IMG/VR virus record: IMGVR_UViG_3300043539_002606
Span: 19,607 to 83,606 of that record
DNA length: 64,000 nt
Origin: a virus
Reading direction: 5' to 3' (one strand)
Both the position numbers and the translations under genes were made by a program. Below the pieces are notes generated by a model, which did no database searches, was not told the origin of the DNA, and worked only from the letters and a program-made list of their open reading frames with translations. This document shows, piece after piece, positions 9,673 to 19,486 of the stretch. Every line of letters begins with the position of its first letter. The first letter of the stretch is position 1.

Positions 9673-9828
9673 TCAACTTTCACTGTTGAAAACTTTATTT
9701 GCAACTTCAACTCTTTGTTGATCAATCGCAACTGCAATTTTATCCTTTAGGATTTGATCAAGACGCAAATTAGCAATCTCCATCTTATTATCCTGCACAT
9801 CATGTATTAGACTCTTTACTTCGCTCAT
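9673..9828 (-). CDS. Small prohead core protein (gp67-like, 51 aa; below the ORF-track cutoff)
   Basis: MSEVKSLIHDVQDNKMEIANLRLDQILKDKIAVAIDQQRVEVANKVFNSES; lies between portal and protease, preceded by an ATAAATA box. Confidence 0.72.
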   Translation of the reverse strand: MSEVKSLIHDVQDNKMEIANLRLDQILKDKIAVAIDQQRVEVANKVFNSES

Positions 9829-9851
9829 AACTTTTTATTTATTTGTTTAAT

Positions 9852-11456
9852 TTATGCTTCTTCTGGAGGAGCTTCATCCGCCGGTTCTTCTTCAGCACCG
9901 GCATCAATTTCAGGCTCAGGAGATTCATCTGCTCCAAAATCCATGCCGCTATCACCTCCAAAGTCATCAGCCGACGGCTCTTCTTTTTTACCTCCAGCTT
10001 TTGCTTCAGCATTTTCGCTATCCATACGCTCAATATCTTCATCGCTTTGATTGAGAATATTGCTGCGTACCCATTTTTCGCTATAATATTTTCCAATATA
10101 TTGTTCAATGCTGCTTAATACTTCAAGACGATCTTTAATAATCTCGAACTCTTTAATCTCACTGAAATAGTTGTCTTCAATAAAGTCAACACTAATATTC
10201 TCGCGAATGATTTTCCATTCTTCAGGTGTGCAAACATTTTTTAGGATGCATTGTACACGCAGTGCATTAATAAAGAGCAAGCTAAATTTGCGGCGCAGTT
10301 TATTAACGAATTTCTGAAACTTAACCTCTTCACGAGTAATCTCAGAGACACGACCAATGTTATAGGCATTATCAGCATCAAGACGACCAGCTGGTACGTT
10401 AAGAGCTCTATATAGTTTTTTCTGGAAAAAGACGATATCTTCAATCTGACCCAAGTTTTCTCCACCTGGCAATGTTTGAATCTCTGTGCCTCTGCCGCCT
10501 TCGCGACGTGGCAACCAGAAATCCTCCATGATATTCATGCTCTTGCGATCTTCTCGAACTTCACCGCTGCTAGCATCATATACAAGCTTGTTTTTATATT
10601 TGCCCATGATGCCTTGCACATATTCTTCAGCTTTGCCTTTTGGCAAGTTGCCTACATCAATATAAAAGATACGACGTTCTGGTGCACGAGAGATACGATA
10701 GATAACCAAGCTATCCTCCATGATACGCAACTGATTCACAAGCTTAATGCACTTATGCAAATAGCTAATTGAAAACGCTCCGCTCTCATCAAGCAAGCCG
10801 CTTGGCACATAACATATGCTATCAACGTGAATTTTTAATGCATCGCTGCTAGTATGAATGTCTTCAGTATAGAGATAATATTCATCACTAACAAACTTAA
10901 CGCGAGTGCCAGTTTCTTTGTTTGTTCGAGTTGTTACCTCTTTGACTTTTTTCATTTTAAGAGGGTCAATGAGACGCATCTCTTGAACACCTTTTTCAAC
11001 TTTTTCATTATCAACAACAAGGTGATAATAGAGTTTGCCGTCAACATACCAACGGCGGAAAATATCATGGCCATCAAAGTTGAAGTTTAGCATCTTAACG
11101 ATGTTATCAAACTCATCGCGTAATCGATTTTTAATTTCATCAGGATAGTCAAGACTATCAAGCGTTAGTGTAACTGGTGTTTTATCGCTATCACTAATAA
11201 TTGCTGCATTAACAATATCGCTAACAGCAAGGTCACACTCAGGTTGAGCAGCTGCCATACGATATTTTAGGATAAGACCTTTTTCATCGTTGACATTAAT
11301 GTCATCCATATTCAACACATGCCCATAATAAGCACTTGTCATGCTGCCATTGATTTCAATGGTGCCGTCAGTTGAAATTGGGGTAGAAAAGCCTTCTATT
11401 GTTTTTGACTTTCCAGCTTCTACAGCTTTACCTATTTCGAATCCAAAAATCTTCAT
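9852..11456 (-). CDS. gp20: Portal vertex protein
   Basis: FRRWYVDG, EDSLVIYRISRAPERRIFYIDVGNLPKGKAEEY, EDFWLPRREGGRGTEI. Confidence 0.97.
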   Translation of the reverse strand: MKIFGFEIGKAVEAGKSKTIEGFSTPISTDGTIEINGSMTSAYYGHVLNMDDINVNDEKGLILKYRMAAAQPECDLAVSDIVNAAIISDSDKTPVTLTLDSLDYPDEIKNRLRDEFDNIVKMLNFNFDGHDIFRRWYVDGKLYYHLVVDNEKVEKGVQEMRLIDPLKMKKVKEVTTRTNKETGTRVKFVSDEYYLYTEDIHTSSDALKIHVDSICYVPSGLLDESGAFSISYLHKCIKLVNQLRIMEDSLVIYRISRAPERRIFYIDVGNLPKGKAEEYVQGIMGKYKNKLVYDASSGEVREDRKSMNIMEDFWLPRREGGRGTEIQTLPGGENLGQIEDIVFFQKKLYRALNVPAGRLDADNAYNIGRVSEITREEVKFQKFVNKLRRKFSLLFINALRVQCILKNVCTPEEWKIIRENISVDFIEDNYFSEIKEFEIIKDRLEVLSSIEQYIGKYYSEKWVRSNILNQSDEDIERMDSENAEAKAGGKKEEPSADDFGGDSGMDFGADESPEPEIDAGAEEEPADEAPPEEA

Positions 11457-11466
11457 AAAGTATATA

Positions 11467-11490
11467 TGCGGGGGTTTTTCAACCCCCGCA
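11467..11490 (-). terminator. Stable hairpin after gp19 (terminator or processing site)
   Basis: TGCGGGGGTT-tttc-AACCCCCGCA stem; the U-tract is weak. Confidence 0.7.
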
Positions 11491-11506
11491 GTAGAATATC
11501 ATTTAA

Positions 11507-12067
11507 TTAGTCAGTAATAACTTCGTTACCAACTCTTTCCCAGTATTGATATGCAAATTCAACTTCGAAAGTTTCAACTTCGTCAGTTTCATAGCTAAGC
11601 TCAATTGCATTAACATTAACAGGAAACGCGTCGATAAAACGATATTGAGCAATGCCAATATCTTCACTACGACCGCTCTTATCAAGCTGTACTACTTGCA
11701 AATCACGCATATAATTCAATGGTGCACCAACTGCAGCATCAGCCGCAAAGTTACGGCTGTGAGAGTTAATGCTATTCATCCATTTTTCAAATGCGTTACG
11801 CAAATCGAAACTTGTGTCGTTATATACTGTTACTGTCCAGTTGTCTTCAAATGTACGTTCACCTGCAACCTTTAGATTACGACCACGATATGGCACGTCA
11901 ATCTTTGTGATTGTGCTAGCAGGAATGCTAGCAGCTTTAATCATAAAGCTTGCTCTACGGGTTGTGTTTGTATTTCCAGCGATACTTGGAAAGTCAACTA
12001 CACACTTGAATAGGTTTGGTCTTGCTCCTCCGGCAAAATTACTTTTAAATTGAGAAATATTACTCAT
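11507..12067 (-). CDS. gp19: Tail tube protein
   Basis: GGARPNLF, KAASIPAS, VPYRGRNLKVAGERTF..WTVTVYND, FEVEFAYQYW. Confidence 0.96.
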   Translation of the reverse strand: MSNISQFKSNFAGGARPNLFKCVVDFPSIAGNTNTTRRASFMIKAASIPASTITKIDVPYRGRNLKVAGERTFEDNWTVTVYNDTSFDLRNAFEKWMNSINSHSRNFAADAAVGAPLNYMRDLQVVQLDKSGRSEDIGIAQYRFIDAFPVNVNAIELSYETDEVETFEVEFAYQYWERVGNEVITD

Positions 12068-12092
12068 AGTTCTTTATTGTTTTCTTTGTTAT

Positions 12093-13868
12093 TTATAGTG
12101 TGCTTGTTCCAATTACTTCTTCAAACGATACACCTGTGCGAACAGCTACAAAGTTTAGAGTGATATAGTTAATGCTCTTAGATGGCTTGATAAAGATCGT
12201 ACCAACAAATCGATTGTTATCAACAACTTCAGATGTGTTATTGCTTTCATCGCAAATTACTCTAAAGTCAATGATGCCTCTACGACCTTGAACTTCACGG
12301 AGATATGGCTCAACTGCATTTCTGAATGCTGCACGAGTAAATTCGTCGTTAAGTTCGAATAGCAAGAATTTACTTGCTGTAGCAATTGCCTTTTCAATTG
12401 TAATAAAGAGGCGGCGAACGTTGATGCGGTCAAACGCACCAGGTTTAGCTTGCGCTGTTTTATCACCAAAGAGAACAATGCCATTACCTGGGCTGCTAAC
12501 GATTGGATTAATACGTGCAGTGTATAGATCATCGCGATCAGTCTGTTTTGGATTATAAGCAAGTTTTGTTACACCCAATAGATTGCCTCTGTTGAATCCA
12601 GCAGGACTAAACCATGGATCAGCGAGACGATCTGTTTTGGCGCAAAGACCAGCCATATGTCCGCAAGCCGGAATCCAAACAAAAGCATCACGATAACGGT
12701 TATAGACATAAACTGGAGTGCTATCAAATACAGTATAGCTATTTGCTCCACTAAGAGCACTGAATTTAGCTTTAACTGTTTCAAGCCTATCAGTAGATGA
12801 AGTAGCTATTGAAAGTGGTGCACTAATAAAAGCTAAACAATCGCGACGAGATGATGCAAGTTCAATAAGCTTATTATCTACTTGCAATTGAGTTGCTGTT
12901 ACTGCAAAATTATGAGCAAACACAAAGTTAATATCAATTGATTCAGCATTTTGAAACTCGTCAATGGATGCTAATATAGTAGATTCAGAAAATGTAGTAG
13001 AATCAACTCCACCTTCAAAAAGATATGGACCGTCAAATAATTCAATAGTGAAATAATCAACATATGATGCTGATGTTAAACCATCTTTATCAGTTGTGAA
13101 GTTTACACCCCAAACATAACTTGAATTATTATTAAGAACATCAGCCCAATAGATTGATTGACCTGAAGTATTTTTTGCTGCAGTAAAGTAAGAAAGACCT
13201 TGATATACCTCAAGAACTTCTCCAGCAGTACCAGTAATAAGACCCAATCTATCATAAACAATAATTGTTAATTCATCATTTACTACAGTCTTATTAAGTA
13301 TACCTGCTTGATCGTCGCTCCAACCAGTAGAACTTGGATTATATGTTTTTGCTGATTTAATAGCCGCTGGTATTTCGATATCAGTTGTATTTGAATCAAT
13401 AACAAATACACTAATAGAATTTCCAAGTGCACCAGGGTAACGGGAAACAAATCTTATACGAGAGGCTTGAAGCGCACTTTGACTATTTGAAAGGTCACCA
13501 ATATTATTAATATTAAGAGCTGGAGAAATGCCTGTGCCATTAGCAGTTTCACCGTAGCCATAACCAGCGGTAAAATCATTTGAACTATGAGCATTTGAGC
13601 TGCCATCGGCTGTACGAACAACACGCAATGCGTTGCTATATTTCAAATAGCTTGCTGCTGTCATGAAACTAGTTTCATAATCTCCTGCACTTGTTGGTGC
13701 TCCGAATGTTCGTGCTAGTTCAGTTTCAGAACCGATGTTAACTGGTGTGTTAACTGGTCCCCATCTAAAAAACCCTGCAAAACCACCAACGCTTGTTGCT
13801 AGTGCGGGTATGATATTTGTCAAATCTGTTTCTTTGACTTCTACTCCAGGTGATATTAAAAATCCCAT
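12093..13868 (-). CDS. gp18: Contractile tail sheath protein
   Basis: ISPGVEVKETDLT, WFSPAGFNRG, GDKTAQAKPGAFDRINVRRLF. Confidence 0.97.
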   Translation of the reverse strand: MGFLISPGVEVKETDLTNIIPALATSVGGFAGFFRWGPVNTPVNIGSETELARTFGAPTSAGDYETSFMTAASYLKYSNALRVVRTADGSSNAHSSNDFTAGYGYGETANGTGISPALNINNIGDLSNSQSALQASRIRFVSRYPGALGNSISVFVIDSNTTDIEIPAAIKSAKTYNPSSTGWSDDQAGILNKTVVNDELTIIVYDRLGLITGTAGEVLEVYQGLSYFTAAKNTSGQSIYWADVLNNNSSYVWGVNFTTDKDGLTSASYVDYFTIELFDGPYLFEGGVDSTTFSESTILASIDEFQNAESIDINFVFAHNFAVTATQLQVDNKLIELASSRRDCLAFISAPLSIATSSTDRLETVKAKFSALSGANSYTVFDSTPVYVYNRYRDAFVWIPACGHMAGLCAKTDRLADPWFSPAGFNRGNLLGVTKLAYNPKQTDRDDLYTARINPIVSSPGNGIVLFGDKTAQAKPGAFDRINVRRLFITIEKAIATASKFLLFELNDEFTRAAFRNAVEPYLREVQGRRGIIDFRVICDESNNTSEVVDNNRFVGTIFIKPSKSINYITLNFVAVRTGVSFEEVIGTSTL

Positions 13869-13951
13869 ATTTGTTTCCTTTCAGTTGTTGTTAATAAGTT
13901 TATTGCATACTAAGTTTATGACTCACAAACTTATTTATAAATTATTCACTT

Positions 13952-15529
13952 TCAAAGAGTATGCCACTCTCTTGCATTATCTATAAGCTCATCATATGCA
14001 CTGCCCGTTGATGATGTTGTTGAAACATAACCAAATGGTGGTAGATCCTCTTCCATCTCAAGCATCTTTTCGCTATATAACAACTCGCGCAGGTCAGTAT
14101 CGCTCATGCCATTAAACACGTCCGTACTCACAAACCACGAGAAGAGTACGAAATTCATAACACTATCATCATGTGCGCCTTCACTTGCAGCAAAGCTATC
14201 ACCCTTTGGTACAAAGTTTGCAAGTTCAGCAATAGTATATGCATCAACAATATGCAGTTTATTAGCTTCAAGCAAGTCTTTTAAGTTACTGCAGCCAATG
14301 CGTTTAACTTTTTTGGTCATGACAACGCCAATGCCATTGCTCTTAACAGCACTTGTCGTAAACATATTTTCATATTCATAGTCATAATAAACAGCATTAC
14401 ACACAACCTGACCAACGTCATTGTTTTCAATAATAACAAGTGCTTGATTATATTGCGTTGCTGCCCGAACAATAAGATTTGGAAATAGCAGTGGTGAAAT
14501 GGTATTGTTGCGATAGGTACAAACCTGCTTAAATGGTTTAGTTGATATATCAATTACCGAGAAGGTGCTATAATCCTGTCCACGACCTTTACTAACATCA
14601 GCTACAAGTATATAGGCATGATCTTCTTGTGGTGCCTCATAATAAACAATATCATGCTGCATATTAATTGGACTTTGTGCTTGCAAGCCCAACAAACATG
14701 TGCTGCCTATTAGTGTATCAGCGCTGCCAACAAATTCACAAGAGAACTCCTGTCGAAACTGTGCTTCACTTGTATTTGCAATTGTCTTTGCACGCCAATC
14801 ATCATCTCGACCTGGCACATCACGCCAATTAATAGTAAACGGTTTAAATTCGTTGCTATTACTAATTGCGCCTTGCCATAGTTTATAGAACATATTGCCA
14901 ACACCATTTGGTGTGCTTGTAATAATAACCTTTGTATCACTGCCAGAACTAATTACTGGATAGGTTGAGGTATAAAACTCTTCAGCTTTATGCACAAAGG
15001 CAAACTCATCAAGAAAAATAATGTTTGCACTTATGCCTCGAATACTGCTGCTGCTTGTTGCCGCTGCAATAATCTCACTATTATGAGCAAATACAATATT
15101 ACCTTTATTGAGCACTCGCACACCTGGCTGCAAAAAGAATGGCAGATTTTCAAGCATGAGAGTAAAGCGACTCAACATCTCGCGAGCAGTTGCACCTTTA
15201 TTAGCAAGCACTGCAACCTTTTTATCTGCATTGAAAACCATATAGTGCAGCAGCCATGCAACACTAGTCACACTCTTACCGCTCTGTCTAGGTGCTAGAA
15301 CAATACTAAATCGATTATCACTATAGTGTTTTACAAGATTGCTCTGATAGCCTCGCAATTCAAATGGCACAAGTCCATGATCCAGACTAATAACCTTTAC
15401 ATAATTCTTGCAAAAATATTCAACATCATTTCGGCAACGAATATATTCGCTAACTTCATGCGCTGAGAAATTTTGTTGTACCCCATCTGCTTTGATTTTG
15501 GGATTTCCATTATATGAATTATTTTGCAT
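13952..15529 (-). CDS. gp17: Terminase large subunit
   Basis: YNGNPKIK, PRQSGKS Walker A, FLDEFAF Walker B, STPNG, DVSKGRGQDYS, HDDSVM. Confidence 0.97.
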   Translation of the reverse strand: MQNNSYNGNPKIKADGVQQNFSAHEVSEYIRCRNDVEYFCKNYVKVISLDHGLVPFELRGYQSNLVKHYSDNRFSIVLAPRQSGKSVTSVAWLLHYMVFNADKKVAVLANKGATAREMLSRFTLMLENLPFFLQPGVRVLNKGNIVFAHNSEIIAAATSSSSIRGISANIIFLDEFAFVHKAEEFYTSTYPVISSGSDTKVIITSTPNGVGNMFYKLWQGAISNSNEFKPFTINWRDVPGRDDDWRAKTIANTSEAQFRQEFSCEFVGSADTLIGSTCLLGLQAQSPINMQHDIVYYEAPQEDHAYILVADVSKGRGQDYSTFSVIDISTKPFKQVCTYRNNTISPLLFPNLIVRAATQYNQALVIIENNDVGQVVCNAVYYDYEYENMFTTSAVKSNGIGVVMTKKVKRIGCSNLKDLLEANKLHIVDAYTIAELANFVPKGDSFAASEGAHDDSVMNFVLFSWFVSTDVFNGMSDTDLRELLYSEKMLEMEEDLPPFGYVSTTSSTGSAYDELIDNAREWHTL

Positions 15530-15535
15530 TTTTTT

Positions 15536-15603
15536 GTTTACAAACTTTCAACATTATGTATAATAGGTGCCATGCACCTTCGGCTGAATGTAATGAAGCC
15601 GAT
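15536..15603 (+). repeat. Promoter + double-hairpin element, copy 2, between gp17 and gp16
   Basis: GTTTAC-N17-TATAAT; 15556-15603 is identical to 2162-2209. Confidence 0.85.
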
Positions 15604-15616
15604 TGCTACATCTTAT

Positions 15617-16051
15617 CTATGCCTGTTGATTGCTTAAGAATTTTTGAAGTTCAATAGTTGTACCAACAAAAATTGCATTGTTTGTTGTACTATTTGCCTC
15701 ATTAGGTTTATTTCCTTTGATCAACAGCTTACGCTGCTTTTGAAGATCAAGTAGCTGCTGATTCATTTCAGCACTTTGTTTAATCATATTGCCAAGCACC
15801 TCATATGCCCGAGGATGTTCAGCATCGGTAGCAAGTGCATGTAAATTACTAATTACTTCATCACTTGTATCAAGCAATTTTTTCATGCGCACTCGAGCAT
15901 ATTCAAAATCATCCTGTGCATCGCTTATTAGTGCTTCATCGCTTGGCTCAGGTGTTAAAATCTTTGGAGCTGGTGGGGCTGGCATCATAATCTCAAGCTG
16001 ACCAGTCAAATTTTTCATTAACTCGCTCTTATGGGATTGGTCTGGTTTCAT
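15617..16051 (-). CDS. gp16: Terminase small subunit
   Basis: DFEYAR...EHPRAYEVLGNMIK...NNAIFVGTTIELQKFL. Confidence 0.92.
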   Translation of the reverse strand: MKPDQSHKSELMKNLTGQLEIMMPAPPAPKILTPEPSDEALISDAQDDFEYARVRMKKLLDTSDEVISNLHALATDAEHPRAYEVLGNMIKQSAEMNQQLLDLQKQRKLLIKGNKPNEANSTTNNAIFVGTTIELQKFLSNQQA

Positions 16052-16835
16052 AAGTTACTGGTATGGGTGGAAATTGTTCCTCAAAATATTCAATCTCAAA
16101 GCCTTCATTAAGGGATGTTTGATCCTCAAAGTGTGCACGTGTTCGAGTTGACACCAAAGGATCTGCATCAGGCTCACTGTCAAAGTCAAAATAGCTAACA
16201 TCAACTGCACTAATTAATCCGCCTCCTGCACTTAGATTAATTGGAGCGCTGATAAATTTAACGCGCACATCAAAGTCAAGGGTGTAGATAACAGTTCTTC
16301 TGCTATTTTCATAATCACCTTCATAGTTGTCTTCTTTATTAACCGCAGTTAGACTAACGGGTATATCTGTCAAACTATCAGGACCTTCTAGACCCTTTGC
16401 AGTAACACTATATGTTGGATTGAAATATGGCAAGATCTGTTCAACAATTTGCATTGCCTCGTCATGACCGCGACTTATAATGCTAAGACTAAAGTTTAGG
16501 ATATATGGCACAGCTTGCCAGACTTTAACAACATTGTCTCCGTCTTGTTGTACAGTGCGATTCATGCGATTAAGCTTTGATTCTGTGTCAAGATTCATGC
16601 TTGTTATTTCAAAAGCCATGCGAGGCAATTTGATACTAATAGCATCAGCTGGACCTTTAGCATTAATACGAGAAAGATAGCGTTCGATCGGTGCATAGGT
16701 TAATGGCACACGAACTGTGCCAACACCTGCTCCATTTTCAGCAGGACGTACAATCTTTATATCATTAAAAAGTGTGCCAAAAATAGCTACAGTCTTTTTA
16801 ATGGTTTTGTTATAATAATATTCGCGACTCATCAT
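16029..16835 (-). CDS. gp15: Tail sheath stabiliser/completion protein
   Basis: YYNKTIKKTVAIFGTLFNDI, VPLTYAP, LPRMAFE, QIVEQILPYFNP. Confidence 0.94.
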   Translation of the reverse strand: MMSREYYYNKTIKKTVAIFGTLFNDIKIVRPAENGAGVGTVRVPLTYAPIERYLSRINAKGPADAISIKLPRMAFEITSMNLDTESKLNRMNRTVQQDGDNVVKVWQAVPYILNFSLSIISRGHDEAMQIVEQILPYFNPTYSVTAKGLEGPDSLTDIPVSLTAVNKEDNYEGDYENSRRTVIYTLDFDVRVKFISAPINLSAGGGLISAVDVSYFDFDSEPDADPLVSTRTRAHFEDQTSLNEGFEIEYFEEQFPPIPVTYETRPIP

Positions 16836-16838
16836 GGC

Positions 16839-17759
16839 TTAACTAGGCTCCCCAAATGGATTATCTTCAGAGAAATCAATAAAGTCCTCTTCAATTGCTG
16901 TTTGTTTAAATTTGCTATTTTGACTCATGCGATCATTGTTGAATAGCAAATCGTTATTATCACCAATGACATAGCTATCTATAACTGTTGCAACTGCACC
17001 TGATTTTGTGCCAGTAAAGACAGTGCCAACACCAAGTTGGGTAGGCGCTCCTGTTGTAAAGGTTGGCACACCTACAATTATTTGATTTTTATTTTCGTCA
17101 AGTTTATATTTGTAGAATTTAACAAGACCGCTTGTTCCAGAGAATGTAAATGTTAGGCTTTCACCAGCAAGAAACTCACCAGTTGCCGTTGTAGAATTAT
17201 ATTCAAAAATATTACTATCGCTGTTATTATATTCAATGCTATCAATCTCGTGCACACCTGTGTTTATATTCTGACTTTCATATTCAAAAAGTTCACATGT
17301 GAGTGTCCAGATCGGTGCATCCTTTAATTGTAAAAAGGGCTTTTCATTTTCCACATATTTGATTTCAAATAATTTTTTAATAGGACTAAGCGGAAAGAAT
17401 ATAAGATCACCTTCTGTTGGTCGATTATTATTAACACCAAACCCATAACGACCAACTCCTTGAATCCAACGACGTTTGCTAACAACAAGATTCATCTGAT
17501 CTCGTATCTCGAGGCCAAATTTACCAAGCAGCTTGCCATCACCCTCATAGCCATCAATACTTTCAACATACATTTCAATCTTAAAACTATGGATGAAATT
17601 GCTTAGCAGATCTTCGTTTAGGATATTATCTTTTGTTACAATATGACGAGGTATATAATAGACGTCGGTGCCATAGATCTTAATGGCCTCAATGATTAGA
17701 TTTTCATAGAGTTCCTTTTCTGATCTCTGACCATTCTGGAAATATTGATTAACTGGCAT
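16839..17759 (-). CDS. gp14: Neck protein
   Basis: EAIKIYGTDVYYIPR, KFGLEIRD, RPTEGDLIFFP, DFSEDNPFGE. Confidence 0.94.
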   Translation of the reverse strand: MPVNQYFQNGQRSEKELYENLIIEAIKIYGTDVYYIPRHIVTKDNILNEDLLSNFIHSFKIEMYVESIDGYEGDGKLLGKFGLEIRDQMNLVVSKRRWIQGVGRYGFGVNNNRPTEGDLIFFPLSPIKKLFEIKYVENEKPFLQLKDAPIWTLTCELFEYESQNINTGVHEIDSIEYNNSDSNIFEYNSTTATGEFLAGESLTFTFSGTSGLVKFYKYKLDENKNQIIVGVPTFTTGAPTQLGVGTVFTGTKSGAVATVIDSYVIGDNNDLLFNNDRMSQNSKFKQTAIEEDFIDFSEDNPFGEPS

Positions 17760-17762
17760 AAT

Positions 17763-18512
17763 TTATCCAACAAAAAAGTCAACAGGATTGCTATAGAAAA
17801 GATCAAATCTTTCTTTAAGTTCTTTGAGATCTGTGACAGCATCATCATAGATCTGACGACCACTAATTGTCACACCGCCTGGTAATTGCATGCCTTCGAA
17901 CTTGCTAAGATTCTGACCCCATTGTTTTTTAATCATTAGTGTCAGCAGCTCTTTAAGTGCCATGTCATTATAAACATCTGGATAGCCATTAGGATCGACG
18001 CTCGTATAGCATTCAATAATAATAAAGTCACCTACTTTTGTTTTATCTCGCAATAGACCATGAAATTGAAGAGTGTCCATGTGACGAGCATAGCTTAATT
18101 GACCAGTATGACCTGTGATAATATTCTGCACAAGACTAATATATTGACTTGTCATCTCATAGTTAATAATGCCACCTGGGTTTCTCAGACCATATACGTC
18201 ATTAAGAAACATTTGATATTTAGCGCTAAACATACTCGCGCTGCTCGTATCATTAAAACTAAGTATTCGAGTGACACTTAAGATATTCTCTGGCAAATTG
18301 CTAATCTTATTGTCATCGAGATCAGATTGTGTAATCTCATGCTTAAGAAGTGTGCGTACAACTGCGTCGCTGTGATATTCTTGCCAATATTGAATTGCTT
18401 CATCAATGCGATCCTCTAATTGATCGTCATCAATATTAATCTCCATAACTGGTGCACCAAGTGCGCGCAAACAATAGTCGGCCAGTTCTTGTCTTGTACT
18501 AGGTCTTGCCAT
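17763..18512 (-). CDS. gp13: Neck protein
   Basis: YCLRALGAPVMEINIDDDQLEDRIDEA, KKQWGQNLSKFEGMQLPGGVT. Confidence 0.95.
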   Translation of the reverse strand: MARPSTRQELADYCLRALGAPVMEINIDDDQLEDRIDEAIQYWQEYHSDAVVRTLLKHEITQSDLDDNKISNLPENILSVTRILSFNDTSSASMFSAKYQMFLNDVYGLRNPGGIINYEMTSQYISLVQNIITGHTGQLSYARHMDTLQFHGLLRDKTKVGDFIIIECYTSVDPNGYPDVYNDMALKELLTLMIKKQWGQNLSKFEGMQLPGGVTISGRQIYDDAVTDLKELKERFDLFYSNPVDFFVG

Positions 18513-18541
18513 AAGACTATTTATATGTTAAATAAGATCAT

Positions 18542-19138
18542 TCAATTCTTTTCTTTTTTACATATGTAGGGCAAGCTAATGACTACGCTTAGCATTGCAG
18601 CACTATATAAAAAATTCTTGAATCGTTCTAAAGATTGTGTAATCTTTACAGCATTTGAATTTACATAAGACGTCTTGATATTTAGAATCTCATTTATGGC
18701 AGAGACTGTTGGATCAGTTAAGCTATACATTTCTTGCACAACATTTGATTTGTTAACGCTAATATCTTCAGTCAACACTTTATCAATAAAAAGATCTATC
18801 TTAACGTCATTGTCTTTTATAAGCTGCATATATGCAAGTTCATCTGGCGTAGTAGTTTTAAAATATTCATTAAGCAGTTTATTTTTTTCTTCGCGCTGAC
18901 TTAACAAGATCTTTTTTAAATCTTCTTTGCTTTGCATGCCATATGAAAATTTAATAATGTTATCAACTATGGTTAATCCATACCAGTCGAATACCAGGCC
19001 GATATTTTCAACTGTTGCTTTTTGCTGTGTCAAATTATCATTTATGGTTTTCTCAACATGATTCACTGTCTTAACACCTTGAAAGACAAATCCAAGAATG
19101 ATTATTGTTAAGCAAATAATAAAGGTTCTTGGTTTCAT
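18542..19138 (-). CDS. Two-TM membrane protein with a chemoreceptor-type four-helix-bundle sensory domain and no cytoplasmic signalling domain
   Basis: TM1 (FIICLTIIILGFVFQGV), about 150 aa helical loop with DWYGLTIVD..K...G, Y..T.TPDE and EMYSLTDP..SAINEIL resembling 4HB_MCP ligand-binding domains, TM2 (FLYSAAMLSVVISLPYIC), then a 5-aa tail. Confidence 0.68.
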   Translation of the reverse strand: MKPRTFIICLTIIILGFVFQGVKTVNHVEKTINDNLTQQKATVENIGLVFDWYGLTIVDNIIKFSYGMQSKEDLKKILLSQREEKNKLLNEYFKTTTPDELAYMQLIKDNDVKIDLFIDKVLTEDISVNKSNVVQEMYSLTDPTVSAINEILNIKTSYVNSNAVKITQSLERFKNFLYSAAMLSVVISLPYICKKEKN

Positions 19139-19452
19139 CTTTTGATAAATTTTTCAGGATTGTTTTGAAATTTTTTTCCAAGCTTAACGAGGCCGTTAAT
19201 AATCTCTGGACTCACTACGCCGATGATACCATATGCAATAGCTTTATACAAACTAGAAATATCTGTTTGTTCAAGAATAAACCAGGCAATACCAGATGCG
19301 ATTGCTGCACTAAATATTTTCTTAAGCTGTTCAAGTAAACTAAATTTAGTATCACTTGACATTAAGCGCGCTAGCATTGCAGCGGCACCAATAAGAGGAA
19401 TAATCCATCCACCTTCGATAAATTGTTTTGCTAGAGCTCTAAAGTCTTCCAT
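19135..19452 (-). CDS. Putative holin (LydA-like, 3 TM)
   Basis: 105 aa with three hydrophobic segments, G..G...PEII motif and basic C-terminus; own TATAAATA late promoter. Confidence 0.7.
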   Translation of the reverse strand: MEDFRALAKQFIEGGWIIPLIGAAAMLARLMSSDTKFSLLEQLKKIFSAAIASGIAWFILEQTDISSLYKAIAYGIIGVVSPEIINGLVKLGKKFQNNPEKFIKR

Positions 19453-19486
19453 AAATACTATTTATAAAAATAACAATATTAAGATT

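Noticed and set aside
19223-19486. 5' part of the 143-aa + strand ORF
   Set aside because: Antisense to the holin; only the part from the ATG at 19487 is plausible.
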